From contig NC_092646.1 of the NCBI RefSeq assembly GCF_039555335.1, positions 58,074,946 to 58,138,945 on the forward strand: a stretch of 64,000 nt of DNA, written 5' to 3'. Below, piece after piece: positions 49,141 to 61,998 of the stretch. Source of the stretch: Amphiura filiformis. Its lineage: Eukaryota. How positions within the stretch are numbered: the stretch's first letter is position 1; every line of letters starts with the position of its first letter. The notes under the pieces were generated by a model. That model searched no databases and was not told the origin of the DNA. It saw only the letters and a program-made list of their open reading frames with translations. The position numbers were made by a program, and so were the translations under genes.

Positions 49141-50399
49141 TTATAACCTTTTGCGAATGATGTCGAAAACGTTTTGTGTTTGCTGGGCCCTTACCTCCTC
49201 TTCCCATATTCCCTCCTCCTCTCCCAAGTGTCTCCTTCTCATCTCCTTCGCCTCCGCCCCTACATAATACAAACTAATTTGCATTAGATAGGTATTCTTG
49301 GTGTAATGTTTACTGGTGTAGGCCCTATATTAAAGCTTATTAAAATGTATTGTTTATAGGCCTATAGGCCCTAATATGTTAAATTCAGTTATAGGGCCTA
49401 ATAGCGCTGTTGGTGCAAAATATATCCGTATAATTATACACTTGGAAAAATAATCTCAATTTCAAACCATAGGCCTATTGGGGTAAATTTATTTGTTTAA
49501 TAGATGCACTATATAATCAATGTGAACTCAAGAAGTATAAAGTTACAAGCAATAGAATAGACGAAGGTCCCGTTTTAAAAGTGACAAACTGGCCTATAAA
49601 AAGAGCGCTTACATATTGATATGGACTACATCAGTACATGTCAGCGCTTAAACAGATGCGTCTTTAGCATAGATTACGAATATTCCGCTAACCATACGCG
49701 AAATTTGTGTGAATGTTCATTTTTCCTGTCAAAATAGACTTAAATTGCGTTTAGGAAATGTGTTGCTGAATTTTAAATCAATTATCTGAATTGTATTTGC
49801 AATTTTTTTTAGATTATTGATCATAAATTTGTCTGTCATTCAACGTGTCGATATGTCGACATGAAATTTAGCTCGTTTACAAATTACAGGCGGAATAACG
49901 GCGATATCATTTTGTCAATATTGTACAGGGTGGTCCAATAACAATTTTACCCAATTTCAAAGGTTAATCACTCAAAAGTTGAAAAGACGTTTTCAGCTTG
50001 TTGTTATATATTTTAAAACCATCTTTCTAAGAGTATTTAGTGAAAATATGATTGCAAAAGAATTTGAAATTGATCAATATAGTAATTTGATAAAGTGAAT
50101 ATTAATTGTTTAAAATACAGGTACTTTCGTTTGCTACCATCTTGTCTAAAACTAATTTAATTGTTATTATCTTGAATAATTTCATTTCAATTGAATCAAT
50201 CTATCACAGTAATTTGAAGTGAATATTGTTATATTGTTTGAAATACTGGTATACGCACAAAATATAAACAGAAAGTAGAGAGAACGTAAAATTCAAGGCC
50301 ATTTAAAAATCTCGATCATCTGGATCCATATGGACAATTCTACGAAAATAGATTTAATAGTGTTCTTTTATTATTCTTTACTGCAGGATTGTTTTATTG

Positions 50400-50400
<1 letters not shown>

Positions 50401-50478
<78 letters not shown>

Positions 50479-50500
50479 GCTGTTGTTGTTATTGTTTTGT
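50401..50500. repeat. (ATT)26 microsatellite followed by a (GTT)n microsatellite
   Basis: A perfect att run at 50401-50478, then gctgttgttgttattgttttgttgttgtt. Confidence 0.95.
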
Positions 50501-50599
50501 TGTTGTTATTTCATTTAGAACTCAGCGAGATGGGTTTATTTCCAATTTCTTTGTCAATATGTTTTTACCTGTAACTCAAATCTATAAAATCGCGTTTAC

Positions 50600-53550
50600 A
50601 CTGCCTATATAATTCGTTGTCACGGATTGCTATGAAGTATAAACCGATACCCAGTGCCGTGTGTTGCTATTCATCGAGTATCGAGTTTCGAGTTTCGAGT
50701 TTGAGTTTCGAGTTCGAGTTTCGAGTTTCGAGTTACAAATTTCGAGTTTCGAGTTTCGAGTTCGAGTATCGAGTTTCGAGTTCGAGTTTCGAGTTTCGAG
50801 TTACAAATTTCGAGTTTCGAGTTACTAATTTCGAGTTTCGAGTTAGGTTTTTCGAGTTTCGAGTTAAGAATTTCGAGTTTCGAGTTAAGAATTTCGAGTT
50901 TCGAGTTAGAATTTTCGAGTTTCGAGTTAAGATTTTCGAGTTTCGAGTTAGGATTTTCGAGTTAGGTTTTCAGAGGTTTTTAGTAAAAATGTAATAAAAT
51001 CAGAAACTAGTTGAACATTATAAACAATGTTAAACGAACACGGAAAGTAGAACGGTAGTATTCAAAATAATACACACTAGACTTGGCGAAATAATAAAAG
51101 TCTTATTCGGTGTAACTTTTATGAGATAAATTTGACAGAATGTTAAAAGACAATTTAGCGCAGAGCTACGAGAAACCAAGGAAGTGCCAATATTTAAGGG
51201 AAAACATGCATGGATCTTATAAATTTTGTGATGTACGACGAGTAGGCCCTATATTAATTAAATAATCATTTAAGGTGGTACTACACCTCTGACAAATTTT
51301 GTGACTAATTATTTATCTATTTATTTCTTATTTAACCTGGGGTAACCAATCAATGCACTGGCACTTTTCTCCCCTGGTTCCCAATTTTGCAGTGTTCTCA
51401 AAAAATAACTACACATTGGTAACAAAAGTTATGTATATTATAGGGGCAAGAAATTCCACTAGGCCCTACTTCACTGGAATTTCAGTGATTTAAAACAAGT
51501 CGTTCATTAGAAGAAATGAGGTACATTCTAGTAGTACATCTTTATCTTATAGTGGTACCTCTTTTCTTCTTATATATAACGTACCCTTGAGTCACTGAAA
51601 TTCCAGTGTAGAAACTGGATTCCTTGCCCCTATAATACACATAACATTTTGTTACCAGTGTGTTATTATTATTTTTTTGACAAAAATGCAAAAAATAGTC
51701 CAAAATTTATCAAGGGGTGTAGTACCCCCTTAAAGTTACATATTTTAATTTTTTAAATTGACCTAAATACTTAATAATTGTAAATTTAAACTTATGATCT
51801 CAACACAAAATTAAGACGTACCTCAAATACTGGTGATATATATTCATATATATTTAGTGAAGTATGTCAAACATCGATCGGATGAATTGATATTTCGGTC
51901 GAAAATTATATAATTCCTCGAATGTCAAGTGAGTGTTGAATTGAGCCTTCACCCAAACGCCCTCGCTGGTTTTTGGCGAGGGGGAAGGAAAGAAGGCAGG
52001 AAGAAAAAAAGAAGAAGAGGATAAAACTTTTTTCTCGGGTGCGGTTTCGAACCACCGACCCCTCGGGCGCCAGACATTGCTACGGGGTGTAGCTTTGTCG
52101 ACCAAGCTTTCCGTGACCATATGACTGTTCGCATGATGACACAATCACATCACGTGGGATACCTGCCTGTGCCTATGCTTTGTGAACTGTGGTTTTGTGA
52201 TGTTTGGTACGGTTATTTCACGTTTAAATGTTGAATTTAGTAGTAATGATGTTTCATCCATAATTTTCAATTTCAAATGAACAAAATATGACTCTTCTTG
52301 CAATCCGTTGACTTAAATCAGAATGTAATGAGATTTTATGAAAAATATTTTACTTCCCAACGTCTATACGTGATATGGGAAAATAAATACCTCTCTTCTG
52401 GGAAATAATAACTTAACTCGATATTTTGACATTTTCGAGTTATAACTCGAAAATGTCAAAATATCGAGTTAAGTTATTATGTCTCTGAAGAGAGGTACTT
52501 GTTTCCCCAGATCACGTATAGACGTAGGGAAGTAAAATACTCTTAATGAAACCTCATTTACCTAATAAGAGTCAAAGGATAGCAAGAGGAGTTACATTTG
52601 CCCCAGATCACGTATAGTCGTTGGTAAGCAAAATACTCTTAAAGCCAAAATGTACGATTAACCAATTTCATATTATAAGATCGTACATTATGGCTTTAAT
52701 AATTCTCATTTACATTATGATTTGAACTCGATATTTTGACTTGTCAAAAATATCGAGTTAGGTTTGTTATCAATCCTAGTGCCAAGATATTTATATGAAG
52801 ACACTCGCTCCACCTTACTACCCTTCACGACTATAGGGCTTGAATATAACTCTTATTATAAGTAAAAATATAATGTCATTTGATGAAGGCACAATTCAAC
52901 ACTAACACTTAATTGATATTCGAGGAATATTTGTATATTTTTGACCGAATTATCAATTCATCCGATCGATGTTTGACATACTTCACCAAATATAGCCACA
53001 AGCATTTAGGTAAATTCAAAAAATCAGAATATGTAACTTTAAATGATTTTTAAAACAATATACTCGTCGTATATACCACAAAATTTCATTTATAAGATCC
53101 ATGCATTTTCCCCTTAAATATTGGCACTTCCTTGGTTTCTTGTAGCTCTGCACTAATTTGTGTTTTAACATTCCGTCAATTTTATCTCATAAAAGTTAAA
53201 ACCGAATAAGACTTTTGATATTTCGCCAAGTCTAGCGTGTATTATTTTGAATACTACCGTTCTACTTTCCGTTCAACTATTGTTTGTAATTTTATTTATT
53301 AAACTCGAAAATTCGAACTCGAAACTCGAAATTCTTAACTCGAAACTCGAAATTCTTAACTCGAAACTCGAAATTTGTAACTCGAAACTCGAAATTTGTA
53401 ACTCCAAACTCGAAATTTGTAACTCGAAACTCGAAATTGTAACTCGAAACTCGAACTCGAAACTCGATACTCGAAACTCGAAACTCGATACTCGAAACTC
53501 GAAACTCGAAACTCGATGAATAGCAACACACCCCAGTGCCTATAGGGTAA
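50600..53550. mobile_element. Foldback-like element about 2.95 kb long; its long inverted termini are made of a tcgagtt(t)cgag minisatellite
   Basis: The left arm, 50617-51260, is the reverse complement of the right arm, 53040-53545. The tandem (tcgagtttcgagtt)n at 50672-50975 is mirrored by (ctcgaaactcgaa)n at 53290-53520. The outer ends ccagtgccgtgtgttgctattcatcgag and ctcgatgaatagcaacacaccccagtgcc match in inverted orientation. The interior holds further nested palindromes centred near 52440. Confidence 0.8.
51276..51735. mobile_element. Intact palindromic copy of MITE family C, nested in the left half of the foldback element
   Basis: ggtggtactacacctctgacaaattttgtgactaatt at 51276. The inverted end caaggggtgtagtaccccctt at 51712. 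Confidence 0.65.
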
Positions 53551-54539
53551 ACACAGAATTGTGGTCAAATGTCATCAAAGGGCCACTTCCGGGCCATAGC
53601 CAAATACCTTTAAAATGCTACTGCGTCCACAAATTATATAGTACAAATAAGCCACTCGCACATATGCATCGGCTAGAGCCAATATCTATTATATTGTCAT
53701 TTAGGTGTCATTTTCGGTATGGGACCAAGAAAAAACCGCGATGTTCTATTTTTTTTAAATGCTACTCCTTCCACATACATAGCAGGAATACTAGTCTCCT
53801 ACACAGCCAGTTTGCGTCGGTCTGACACTCGTCGATCCTCCTTCGTGATAGCCACATACAGTCTGGCCCGAGACTACACGATGACGTTACTTCACGACAT
53901 TTGGTCAACTTTGGTCACAATGGCTCAAAGCGTATGGCTACGATGGCTCTTAATTTGATTGACAGAAACAACGCGGCAAAACCAAACCTCAGCAAATGCT
54001 GCACGTTGGCTAAGGAACGACACAAAAACATTGCAAACAGTTTTGTGCGGCATGCCGCTTCAAGAAGTTAGGCTTGAGTTAAGACTCGGGCTTTGAGAGC
54101 GAGCTAGGCTTAATTTAGTAGCCTCAAGGTCATCTTAAGCATCGAGCGATTCAGAAGTGATTCCTACCCTAACGTACAAAGAAACATTAGAGACTTTGCG
54201 AAATGAAGTTTGAAAATTTACTTTAAATGGAACGGCAACTTCAGAAATATCGATTGGATTTCTTGCTCAAATTTACTCCAACGCGAACGTATGGTTGGTT
54301 ACTGCAACAACTCGGGACACGTGTATCAATGTGCGTTCAAAAGAAGGGCATGTGTAAGAACTTGCAACCGACTACATCAAAATGTCTCTCTTTTGTATAG
54401 TCAAGTGGTTATTAGTCCCACTTCAAGACAAAAGACGCTACCTTAAGAGCTTCGTTTGAGTAAACACGAATGAACTCGCGATACCACTCAACATGGATTA
54501 TGTCGGGACCCAGCGTTAATCTCCTTATCATATTATTTT

Positions 54540-56200
54540 GAAACTAGCTATAGACGAATCCAAGTTTCATGCCCATCCAACAGTTTTTACTAATTTGACC
54601 TCAAATGACCCCTCATGACCCCGAGATGACCTTCCAAAAATTTGGCTCTAAATGTTGACTGTAACCAGGTTTCATGCCCATACGACAGTTTTTACTAATT
54701 TGACCTCATATGACCCCTGTTAACTCTGGGTGACCCCCAAAATAACCTTCCAAAAACATGTCTTTAAATGTTGACTGTACCCACCAAGCTTCATGACCAT
54801 ACATAAGTTTTATTAATTTGACCTCAAATGACCCCTGGTGACTCCAAAATGACCTCCCAAAAAATTTGGCTCTAAATGTTGACTGTACACACCAAGTTTC
54901 ATGCCAATACGGCAGTTTTTGGTAATTTGACCTCAGATGAGCCCTGGATGACCTCGGGTGATCTTGACCCTTAAACTTGTTCTGCCTGGGGTCAAGATGC
55001 ACCCACCCACCAAGTTTGAGGTACATGCGACCCCTAGTCTCCGAATAAAGCGGCGGACAAATAGACAGACAGACACCCACCCAGACATACTCACGCAAGT
55101 ATACTTGTGTGTCTGTATTATATGTCTTGTGTGACTTTTCTTGTGTGTCTTTTTGACCCGACGGACACGTGATGGACGCCTGACGGACATCTTCTGTGTC
55201 TTTTTTTTCCATCTTTTTTTTTGTCACTGGTTGTTGCTTATGTGCCTTTGCAATACCTTTAAAAATGATATATATGCCCCCTCTATACCCCCCAGCAACA
55301 TCTTTCTTGCGTGCCTAGACACACAGGAAAAAATCAACACATAAGCATTTTTGTACTGAAAAAGACACACAAGCATAGCCTCTTGAGAACAAGCAACAGA
55401 TTCTGGTGAATTATACTAAGATTAGGCAATTACCAGTATTTGGCGGTTCTCGGCTGGGCACGATTACCTGGCTGATGGTGACTGTGCCCACCAAGTTTTA
55501 TGCCCATCAGACAGTTTTTACTAATTTGACCTCAGATGACCCCTGGTGACACCGAAATGAAATTTCCCAAAATTTGGCTCTAAATGGTGACTGTACCCAC
55601 CAAACTTCATGCCCATCCGACAGTTTTTACTAAGTTGACCTCAGATGACCCCTGGTGACCCCGAAATGAACTTCCAAAAATTTGGCTCTAAATGTTGACC
55701 GTACTCACCAAGTTTCATGTCATTTGACCTCAGATGATCCCTGCGTAACATCGGATGACCACGAAATGACCTTCAAAAATGTTGACTCTAAATGTTGACA
55801 GTGCCCACCAAGTTTCAAGTCCATACGACAGTTTTTAGTAATTTTTAGTAACTTGACCTTCGATGACCTCTGGGTGACCATCGATGACCCTAAAATGACC
55901 TTTCAAAAATTTGGCTCTAAACGGTGACTGTGCCCAGCAAATTTCATGGCCATACGACAGTTTTTGCTTTTGCTAATTTGACCTCAGATGACCCCTGGAT
56001 GACCAACTAACCAATACAAACTTGTTCTGTCTGGGGGTCAAGATGCATCCACCCACCAAGTTTGAGGAACATGCGACCCCTAGTTACCGAGAAAAGAGAC
56101 GGACAGACAAACATACAAATGGACAAACAGACAAACACATGATTCCGGTGGATTATAGTAAGATTTATAGACCCTATGTGGGGTGTTTCTTTTTTCTTCC
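54540..56200. repeat. Tandem segmental duplication of about 940 bp (54540-55470 and 55480-56200); each copy has 4-5 subrepeats of about 105-119 bp plus a unique tail
   Basis: Subunit: gtttcatgcccat.cgacagtttttactaatttgacctcagatgacccctggtgaccccgaaatgaccttccaaaaatttggctctaaatgttgactgtacccaccaa. Both copies end cttgttctg.ctgggg.tcaagatgca.ccacccaccaagtttgagg.acatgcgacccctagt. Confidence 0.85.
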
Positions 56201-57349
56201 TTCTTTCTAATGTGTAGTCCTACATGGAGAGATGTTATTTAATATGAGGTGGGGGTTTCTTTTTACTGTGTAGTCCTACAAGAATAGAGGTACAAAGTAG
56301 TCCGACATGGCAAATTTGTTTTACTGTGTACATCTAACAGTGAGGAAGGGAGGTCTTTTTCCACGGTCAATGTAATCCTTTTAGTTACTGTGCATGCATT
56401 TGTCGGGGGACGTATATCTATTGGCCACAGCGTGCAAAGATTTCAGTAAAAGTTCTTAACAATCAAATCCAAACTCTATACATTATACCACAGATCCTGG
56501 ACCGCGAAAAACGGGTAATCTGCTATTGTTTCTAACAAATTTACTTGCAAACGGTGATTATTTGTGATATTATCAAGCATGTACAACTTATCACGATTTG
56601 ATGATAATATGCATGATATGCTGAAATATTCATCAAATATGGGCATATGGTTCACAAAAATATCTGATAGTTTGCATTTTCATAAAATACAAAAGCAATT
56701 GTCCCATTATCTTAGTCAAATCTCGTTAATAGGTTTATGGACATCTGTCTCATTAGGCTTGTATTTGCGTGTGCTGATCGTACTCGTGATACTAATGGTG
56801 ACAGAAACACATCAACTTGATTGATCGACAAAATATTCTTATCTTGTTTTTAAAAAAGTCAAGCGAATAATAATTTAATTATACTGATAATGATATTTTG
56901 GAAAAAGAAGGGTACAATTACTGTTGCACTTTTCTCGACCCTATTCCTTTTTCGACTGTTTTGGGTTGGTCCTTTTATTATTCAAAATGCAATTCGATAT
57001 GTCTGATGTGCTCTCAGGCCCCACTAAATATGCGTGAAAACGTCGCTATCGAAGCCCTTAAGTAATCAAATATACGCCACTTACACGTCTATTTGAAAAT
57101 GTCAATTACTTATCAAATTCAAAAGTAAATAAACAGCTCAAAAAGAAACGTATAATTTTTTCACATGTCATATCTTAAAATCTTGTCCATCAAAATGAAC
57201 TAAAATTACATACAGGATTACTTCAATACTCTACTCTAAACACATGTCACTAACTAAGCAGTTGTCCAACCGACACAACCACAAAATGCACTGACATGGA
57301 ACAGCTTCCTGAACCACATTAACAGTCCAATAATTGGCACCCAGCACAA

Positions 57350-58200
57350 GAAATCTGTGAGATCAAATCATTTGACCTTTGTTTACCTCTGATGACCTTG
57401 AAATGACCTCTATTATGTTTTGAATCATATCAACATTACATATACAAATTTCATTTGAATTGCACAAATTTTGGAATTTCACCCCTTTTTACCTTTGGTT
57501 GACCTCTGGTGACCTTGAAATGACCTCCGTCATATTTTGAATCATATCAAGATCACATATACTAAATTTAATTTAAATCGGACACATTTGAGGATTTTAC
57601 CCCTTTTGACTCCCCATGTTTTAAACCAAATCTGAATATACCCTATATGCACGTAATGCTAGATCCTTTTGGCATTATTGTGACGATCACAGCACTTAAT
57701 ACCCAGTAAATTGTGAATTTTAAGGTGATTTTCAGTAACCAACAATATCTAACCCCCGAATGAGCTTTAACTCAAAATCTGTGTAAAATTGAGGTCAACA
57801 TTTGAACTCATTTGACCTTTGATCTTGGGTGACTTCAGGTTAACTATTTGCCGTTTTACACTCCCCAAGTGTCAGGGATCATTTTTAGCAAGTTACAGCT
57901 CGACCGGAGCAACTTCGAATTTGACCTGACCTTTGACCTCGGATGACCTTTGTAGTTTCATACTCCCAAAGTGTCAAAGATCATTTTCCCCGAGTTGCAG
58001 CCCAATCGGCTCAACTTTGAATTTGACCTGATCTTTGACCTTAGATGACCTTTGCGGTTTTATACTCTCCAATTATTGCCGGGGATTGTAAACATCGTGA
58101 ATAATTTCGGCACTGAGTTTAATAACAATCATATAAAATAATTTGACCTTTGGTTGACCTCTGCTGACGTTCATCATGTTTTGAATCATACCAGCATCAT
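57350..58200. repeat. Satellite-like repeats with units of about 120-140 bp, related to the 54540 family; interrupted at 58200 by a LINE
   Basis: Shared motifs: atttgacctttg.ttgacctctg.tgaccttgaaatgacctc and catttgacctttgatcttgggtgac. Confidence 0.7.
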
Positions 58201-59335
58201 TATCAGTCGGCTGCGGAGCAGGCGACCACAAGCCAACTAATGCGATCTTGGGCAAGCGAAACAATTTTGTTTGGTTTCCCTTCAGTGTCTCTAAGGAGGT
58301 GCTGGGCATACCGTAAGTATAGTATCCGGTTTCCCCTCCCATGTGGTGGAATATAAATGGCATATTCTTTCACAGGCTCGTTGTCTTCAAGACGCAGTAT
58401 ATGGCCGAGAAATTTGAGTTGATGAATCTTATTGACTCGGGCAACCAGTGCAGTGGTGTTGGTCAGATTGTAGATGGTTTCATTTGGAATCCGATCCACA
58501 CACTTAATGTTTAACACGACTCTGTAGCAAGATGTTACAAAGGTATTGATCTTGTTTTCCATGTCCTTGGTGATTACCCATGACTCACACCCCTACAGAA
58601 CACAAGTTGTCTCAAACAGCTTGATTTTTGTTTTGATTGGCAGGGATGGGCTTCTCCAAAGGCGTTCCAGCTTCCAGAAAGCTATCCAGGCTAGTGCTTT
58701 TCTTCTTTTAGGTCTCTAGAACCAGGGCCCATCTTAGAACCCATGTACTTGAAGACTGTGACATGGTTGATGGTACTACCATAGACGTCAAGTGCTGGGG
58801 CATTACAGTTTGCAGTCATATATTCTGTCTTAGGTGCGCTGATGACAAGGACTAGATCTACTGCTGCAGTTGCAGTCCTAGTAAGCTGCGACTGGGCCCG
58901 GGCTTTGGAAGATTCCAACAGGGCAATATCATCAGCAAAATCCCAGCCATTCAGCATCCTAGAAGGATACCTGCTTGACCGACGTGGGTAGGTAACATCA
59001 CCCTGAAGCACTCCAATTGTGTCTTGGAAAGGCTCTGAGATACTTCCATCTATCATAACGGCACTATTGGAGTCCTTGCAGAGCTAGAGCACCTGGATGG
59101 CATTTAACACAACCTTTGGTATTCCATAATGCCGCAGCACTGAAAACATGACGGACCTGTTGATGGAGTCGAAGGCTTTGTTATGGTCTACACAAGTGAC
59201 TGTTCAGGGAAGTTGGTACTCCTTGAAGCCTTCCATGATCCTTCTCAAAATGTGTATTTGCTGAGCACAGCTGCGACCTGATCTAAAGCCAGCCTGGTTG
59301 CTTCTCAGTAAAGGATCAATGTGAGGCCGAATCAT
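58201..59335 (-). mobile_element. 5'-truncated RTE-like LINE fragment (part of the RT domain plus the C-terminus) inserted in a satellite
   Basis: Minus-strand ORFs carry RT motifs, with DVTYP..FADDIALL as the YXDD box. The C-terminal tail FLGHILRL..DRISWLVVACSAAD is of RTE type. The satellite sequence resumes at 59336. A possible 5-bp target duplication atcat lies at both junctions. Confidence 0.65.
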
Positions 59336-59780
59336 ACCATATCATATTATACTAATTCTCTTTCAAATTGGACAAACTTTAGAATTTTACTCATTTTACC
59401 CACAACATACCCCTTCCTATGTTTAAGCCAATTCTGATTATAACCTTATATGCACCTAATGCTAGAACCTTTTTGGCATTATTCTGATGGTCCCAACACC
59501 TAACCTTCTTAATATGCAGCAAATAGTGAATTTCAAGGTGATTTTCAGTTATCAACCCTGCATGACCTTGAACTTTAAATTTGGGTTTACAATGCATGTC
59601 AATCTCATCTCTGTACTATGTCATCTGTAGGAAAAGAAGCATTTTGGAGGTATTTGGTTATGTGCCAAAAAAATCATATTAATGACCTTTGACCCCAAAT
59701 ATGTGTTTAACCCATATGCTCCACCGGCTATAACCAAGGTCAATGTTCAAATCTCATTACTCTACCATGAAATCATTTAA
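59336..59780. repeat. Continuation of the interrupted satellite unit; a paralogue of 57560-57800
   Basis: ttttacccacaacataccccttcctatgtttaagccaattctgattataaccttatatgcacctaatgctagaacc matches the 57590-57670 string. Confidence 0.7.
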
Positions 59781-60069
59781 GGCTAAATTACTCATGCGTG
59801 ACGTTTGGCCCCTAATGGGTCATGTCAAATGTAAAGGCTGTAGTAGTGGAGCTTTTGCCCTAGTTTGGTTATAATCGGTCAAATAATTAAGGAGCTAAAG
59901 CAAATCGGTCAAATAATTAAGGAGCTACAGCAAATTATGTCAACAGAAGAAACTAGATATGCTGCGGTCTTGTAAGACCACGAAGTCCGGCCGTAACATT
60001 GAAATGACATCTGATGACCTTGAAATTGTCAACATCGTGAAAATGTAGGCACTAAGTTTAACATCTTAT

Positions 60070-61605
60070 TAAAAATGTCGAAGTGACGTAATAAATCGGA
60101 TTAACTACCATAGTAATGGATGAATACAATTTTGACTATATCAGTCTGTACTACAAGCTGGTTGCACCCATCACCTGTGTATGTCTGCAATTATAGATTG
60201 AATACAATACCGCTCTTTTCAAAGATACTTATCTTACAGGTGCGAGTGATCAGAATGATATGGTTTAATGCATAGGTACCGCGTGAATGTTGTAGTGCAA
60301 GGCGATATCAGGCGGCAAAGGACACGCAACACGTGACGTACGAGGCTGGCGAAGATACAGGGCTGACAACCTCATTCAAAATACACGGTTAGAAATTACA
60401 AATGGAAAATGAACATACTAATAGTATGGTACTTTGTCGTACCCTACCCCGAAGGTTTTGGAGTAAAATAATTTTGCTTTGACACCACATAACAAATTTA
60501 GATTTGTTCGTGAAGATTTCATGGTTAATCCAATGGCGACATCAAAATGCCGATATCGCATCCACCATCATCTGGGAGATATAGACGAATCCATTTTCAC
60601 GCATTCCTATACCTCAATGGCAGCCATAGCTGGGTCCCCCCTTAGGTGTATTCCACCTAAAATGTGAAATGATGTGGCCTTGGCGGGGAAACTGCATTCC
60701 ATCACCCGTGTTACACGTAGACAAAAGAATGATGAAAGTGTACAACACAATACAATTCAACATCAATGTTTAAGCGGATTTAATCCACCCAATTCGTCGG
60801 CTGTATTCCATAGTGGCGTATAGTGATTTTTGCTCATTTTTTTAAAAATTGGCACATATGTTTTTAATGATGTTCTCTTTCATTTTTCTAAGTCTCATCA
60901 GTCATAATTAGCTAATTAATTAGTAATTAATTAATTAAATGTGGCGTATAGTTACAAAGTGACATTTTTGTATTCCATAGTGGCGTATCGACCATACGCC
61001 ACTTTTTATACTACATTTTATAATTATGAAATATCGGCAAAAATGAAAAACATCGTATGTCATAGTGGCGTACGCGTATCGGACCTATACGCCACTATGG
61101 AATACGAACGACGAAAAAGTAACGCCATAGGGATTACACGGCGACCGAGGTGGCGTACGGTTAACGTAAGGTTAGGGTATTGCGTTTTGTTCGTTTTCCA
61201 TAGTGACGTATAGTTTTATTGTCAGTTTGCCAGCAATAGTATGTATTTATTTCTTTTGAAAAATATAATAACAATAAAATCTATTTAGTTTACTACAGAA
61301 ATTTCACATCATTTACAAAATATAATAAATGTCTGATTTACACAACTCGATTTTAAATAGGCATTTCTTCAAACCCGATTTTCTCGAAAAGTTGTTTATT
61401 CGCGGCGCCCCACTATACGCCACTATGGAATACGGACGACAAATTGGGCAGTAACAACACCAGTTTAATAGGTGCTACGGGGACCCAATAATGGCCGAAT
61501 GAATTCTGACCATCACTTGGCTCGTTGGATTCGTCTATAGTCAAAATTGTATTCATCCATTGCTATGGTAGTTAATCCGATTATTACGTCACTTCGATAG
61601 CGAAT
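60070..61605. mobile_element. Nested TIR structure: an outer inverted repeat of about 65 bp (60075-60140 and 61540-61600) encloses an inner element at 60791-61440 bounded by ccatagtggcgtatag-type TIRs
   Basis: The outer IR is gaagtgacgtaataaatcggattaactaccatagtaatggatgaatacaattttgactata. The inner TIR is gtcggctgtattccatagtggcgtatagtg, with its inverted mate at 61405-61436. Internal copies or palindromes of CCATAGTGGCGTA lie at 60945-61010, 61060-61120 and 61200-61225. Confidence 0.6.
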
Positions 61606-61860
61606 AGCCTATGAATGAGTGATGTAGTCCGGAAAGAATATACGAATTGTGAACCCTGATTTTTGGGCAAATGGGGTTCAGAATTTATATACAGGGTATC
61701 TCAAAATATGTTGGGGTATATTTTAAAGGGACCTGAAAAAATAGTGCGATAGCGATTCGAAGCTAAAGCTCTAGCAGCCTTTGAAAATTCTGGATACTAC
61801 TCCCCATTCCAGAAAAATACAGAACTAATATTTTGGGATTAAAAAATATTATCCTGTTTT

Positions 61861-61998
61861 GCCAAATGAAACATAGCTAAATCCTAATCCTTTCGTTAGT
61901 TCTAACTGGCAATAGAAGTCAAATTTTAAAAATTGACCAAATATTAAAATTTTACTTTCATTGCCAGTTAGGACTAACTAAAGGATTAGGATTTAGCT
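61861..61998. mobile_element. Hairpin MITE of about 138 bp
   Basis: ccaaatgaaacatagctaaatcctaatcctttcgttagttctaactggcaa ... ttgccagttaggactaactaaaggattaggatttagctatgtttcatttgg. Confidence 0.8.

Noticed and set aside
50330-50994. Plus-strand ORFs including poly-Leu, poly-Ile and poly-Tyr runs and FEFRV repeats
   Set aside because: They are translations of the (ATT)n microsatellite and of the tcgagtt minisatellite that forms the foldback terminus.
52020-52105. Possible tRNA gene (minus strand) at the centre of the foldback element
   Set aside because: Only a T-arm-like GGTTCGAAACC box and a partial D region are present. No convincing acceptor stem or anticodon arm could be folded by eye. It is more likely a tRNA-derived SINE relic.
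53247-53568. ORFs with ILNSKLE and FEFRV periodicity
   Set aside because: They are the mirror arm of the foldback minisatellite.
54706-55227. Minus-strand ORF of 173 aa
   Set aside because: It runs through the roughly 110-bp satellite units and the duplicated tail. It has internal periodicity and no domain.
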